The notes under the pieces: generated by a model
What the model was told of the DNA's origin: nothing
Database searches by the model: none
Seen by the model: the letters and a program-made list of their open reading frames with translations, nothing else
Position numbers and translations under genes: made by a program
Assembly (NCBI GenBank): GCA_965226555.1
Contig: CBDDDG010000010.1
Coordinates: 384,001 to 448,000 of the forward strand
DNA: 64,000 bases
Source of the DNA: Salinispira sp.
GTDB taxonomy: Bacteria; Spirochaetota; Spirochaetia; DSM-27196; Salinispiraceae
Reading direction: 5' to 3'
Part shown: piece by piece, positions 62,105 to 64,000 of the stretch
Layout: every line of letters starts with the position of its first letter
Numbering within the stretch: position 1 is the first letter of the stretch

Positions 62105-64000
62105 ATGGAACATCGCACAGAATCCCTGCACATAAAAATAAAGGCAGAAGTTACTCAATGGAAACGAAATAACTACGCATCTCATACAGATGAAATAGCG
62201 CAGATATTAAACTTTCAGTTCATTAATGAAGAACGAACAACCCTGCGATACTTACGAAAACCGCAATTTGAAGCAATAGAAACATATCTTTACCTGCGAT
62301 TTGTCAAAAACACCCCGCATATTATTGACATATATAAGGCCTATTATCCCCAGCCTGCTGATGTACTACGAGCACTCAATATGCGCAACCCAGATATTTC
62401 GGATATTGTAATGAATGAGGGTATTGACGGTCTTTTTGAAAAAATAAAGACCGACAGCGCCTTTGTCAAAAAATACCGACTGGAAAATTTACGGGAAAGT
62501 TTATCCCTGTCGTATCCAAGTTACATTTTATCTTTGGTTATGGGCGCCGGTAAAACCATACTCATTGGCGCAATAGTCTTTATTGAATTTGCGCTGTCAT
62601 TGAAAACGCAAAAAAATGAATTTCTGAAAAATGCGCTCATTTTTGCGCCGGGAAAAACCATACTCGGTTCCTTAAAAGAAATTTCTTTTATTGATGTTGC
62701 GTTGATTCTGCCCCCGCACATGGCCAAAATAGTAGAAAGCAATATAAAAACAACCTATACGCACGATAAGCAGAAGAACATTCCTGTTATCAATAGCAGC
62801 AACTACAATATCATTGTTACTAACATAGAAAAAATACGAATACAGTCGAGAAAAAAAACAGCGTTATTTAATTCGAATATAAAGAATGATGAAAGAGAAA
62901 ATATTGTTAACCAGAGATTACAGACACTTTCGAGCCTAGATAATTTGGGGATTTTTTCCGATGAAGCCCATAATACCTACGGTCAGGATTTGGACAAAGG
63001 TATTAAGAAAGTACGGCAGACCATTGACTATCTTGCCGATAAAACCAATCTGAAAATAGTTATTAATACCACGGGAACCCCCTACTTCCGAAAGCAAATT
63101 TTAAAAGATGTTGTCTTCTGGTATGGCCTGTTAGAAGGTATTGAGGAAAATATTTTGAAAGATATTAGAGGCAACAATATCTATTCCTATGCTCAGGTTG
63201 AGGGAGAAAAGTTTATTGCTGAAGTTTTAGACGATTTTTTCAAGACCTATGCGAACATAAAAATTGAAGGCGGGCATAAGTCAAAAATAGCACTGTACTT
63301 TCCCAGAATTGAAGATGTCCGGAATGTTAAGCCATTCATAGAAAAAAAAGTAACAACATACGGCCTTGGACTGAATGCTGTTTTTGAGGTAAATTCACAA
63401 TCAAGCAACAAAGATAAAGATATTTTTATTAATCGTATTAACGATAAGCACCTGCCGTACAGGGTATTTTTATTAGTGGGAATGGGGAAAGAAGGCTGGA
63501 ATTGCCCATCGCTTTTTTCCTGCTGCCTCGCGCGCGACCTTGGCAATAGTAATAATTTTGTCTTGCAGGCAGCAACACGATGTTTACGGCAGGTTACCGG
63601 TAATACTCATCATGCCCGCATTTATTTATCAGAAAAAAACACTCAAATTTTAGACAGGCAACTGCAGGAAAATTATGGGGAAACTCTGACGAACATTAAA
63701 AATCAACACAACAAATTTGTGGAGCAGAAAATTACCCTCATAAAATACGATGATAAACTACCTCAACTGCAAATCAAAAAAAAGGTCAAAAAATATATTA
63801 AGAAAAACGAAACAATTACAAACATTGTAATTAAAAAACCACAGATACAACAGGAAACGGCAAAATTAATTACATACGATTTTTCAGAACTCACAAAAAA
63901 CACAACAGCGCATTTGACTGAGAAAGAAATTACCGATTTGAAGAATGAGAACGAACAGCTCCTTTCTGTTTTTGAAGCCGCTCAAAAAATTGCAGCCCTG
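62105..64000 (+). CDS. Type III restriction enzyme Res subunit-like helicase (partial, runs off window)
   Basis: Translated by eye: YLRKPQFEAIETYLYL, LVMGAGKT, FSDEAH, GMGKEGWNCPSLF; AT-rich. Confidence 0.85.
   Translation, partial: MEHRTESLHIKIKAEVTQWKRNNYASHTDEIAQILNFQFINEERTTLRYLRKPQFEAIETYLYLRFVKNTPHIIDIYKAYYPQPADVLRALNMRNPDISDIVMNEGIDGLFEKIKTDSAFVKKYRLENLRESLSLSYPSYILSLVMGAGKTILIGAIVFIEFALSLKTQKNEFLKNALIFAPGKTILGSLKEISFIDVALILPPHMAKIVESNIKTTYTHDKQKNIPVINSSNYNIIVTNIEKIRIQSRKKTALFNSNIKNDERENIVNQRLQTLSSLDNLGIFSDEAHNTYGQDLDKGIKKVRQTIDYLADKTNLKIVINTTGTPYFRKQILKDVVFWYGLLEGIEENILKDIRGNNIYSYAQVEGEKFIAEVLDDFFKTYANIKIEGGHKSKIALYFPRIEDVRNVKPFIEKKVTTYGLGLNAVFEVNSQSSNKDKDIFINRINDKHLPYRVFLLVGMGKEGWNCPSLFSCCLARDLGNSNNFVLQAATRCLRQVTGNTHHARIYLSEKNTQILDRQLQENYGETLTNIKNQHNKFVEQKITLIKYDDKLPQLQIKKKVKKYIKKNETITNIVIKKPQIQQETAKLITYDFSELTKNTTAHLTEKEITDLKNENEQLLSVFEAAQKIAAL

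Noticed and set aside
1..64000. tRNA or rRNA genes
   Set aside because: No cloverleaf or rRNA signature noticed by eye; not verified with tRNAscan

Overview
Spirochaete-like chromosomal window. Housekeeping blocks are a flagellar operon (fliF-fliG-fliH-fliI-fliJ-orf-fliK-flgD-flgE), rpsD, ligA, a stand-alone TrpB2, ileS, valS, glyA and an ABC-F ATPase. Two accessory islands (about 18-32 kb and 45-50 kb) are built from a recurring module: an FN3 + DUF285/BspA-like surface lipoprotein gene, a GC-rich dispersed repeat and an Rpn-family (PD-(D/E)XK, Transposase_31-like) nuclease gene. Main signals: (1) About 18 copies or remnants of a modular AT-rich palindromic mini-element (hairpin-spacer-hairpin, typically 100-130 bp). 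It has demonstrably inserted into genes (one Rpn copy four times, one ATPase in frame), marks duplication breakpoints and has ends resembling the resident IS5-family element. (2) Rpn genes carry internal Shine-Dalgarno/ATG starts for small C-terminal proteins (RpnS-like antitoxins), which survive intact in three copies whose nuclease half was destroyed. (3) Poly-G tracts (G15, G10) sit at the same place in the signal peptides of two adhesin-like lipoproteins, both out of frame, which suggests phase variation. Also present are an IS5-family and an IS982-family element, a broken helicase-DUF559 gene and a type III restriction (Res) gene running off the right end. Caveat: a single-base homopolymer frameshift in the ABC-F gene shows that assembly indels are possible. 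All calls come from reading the sequence, with no database searches.
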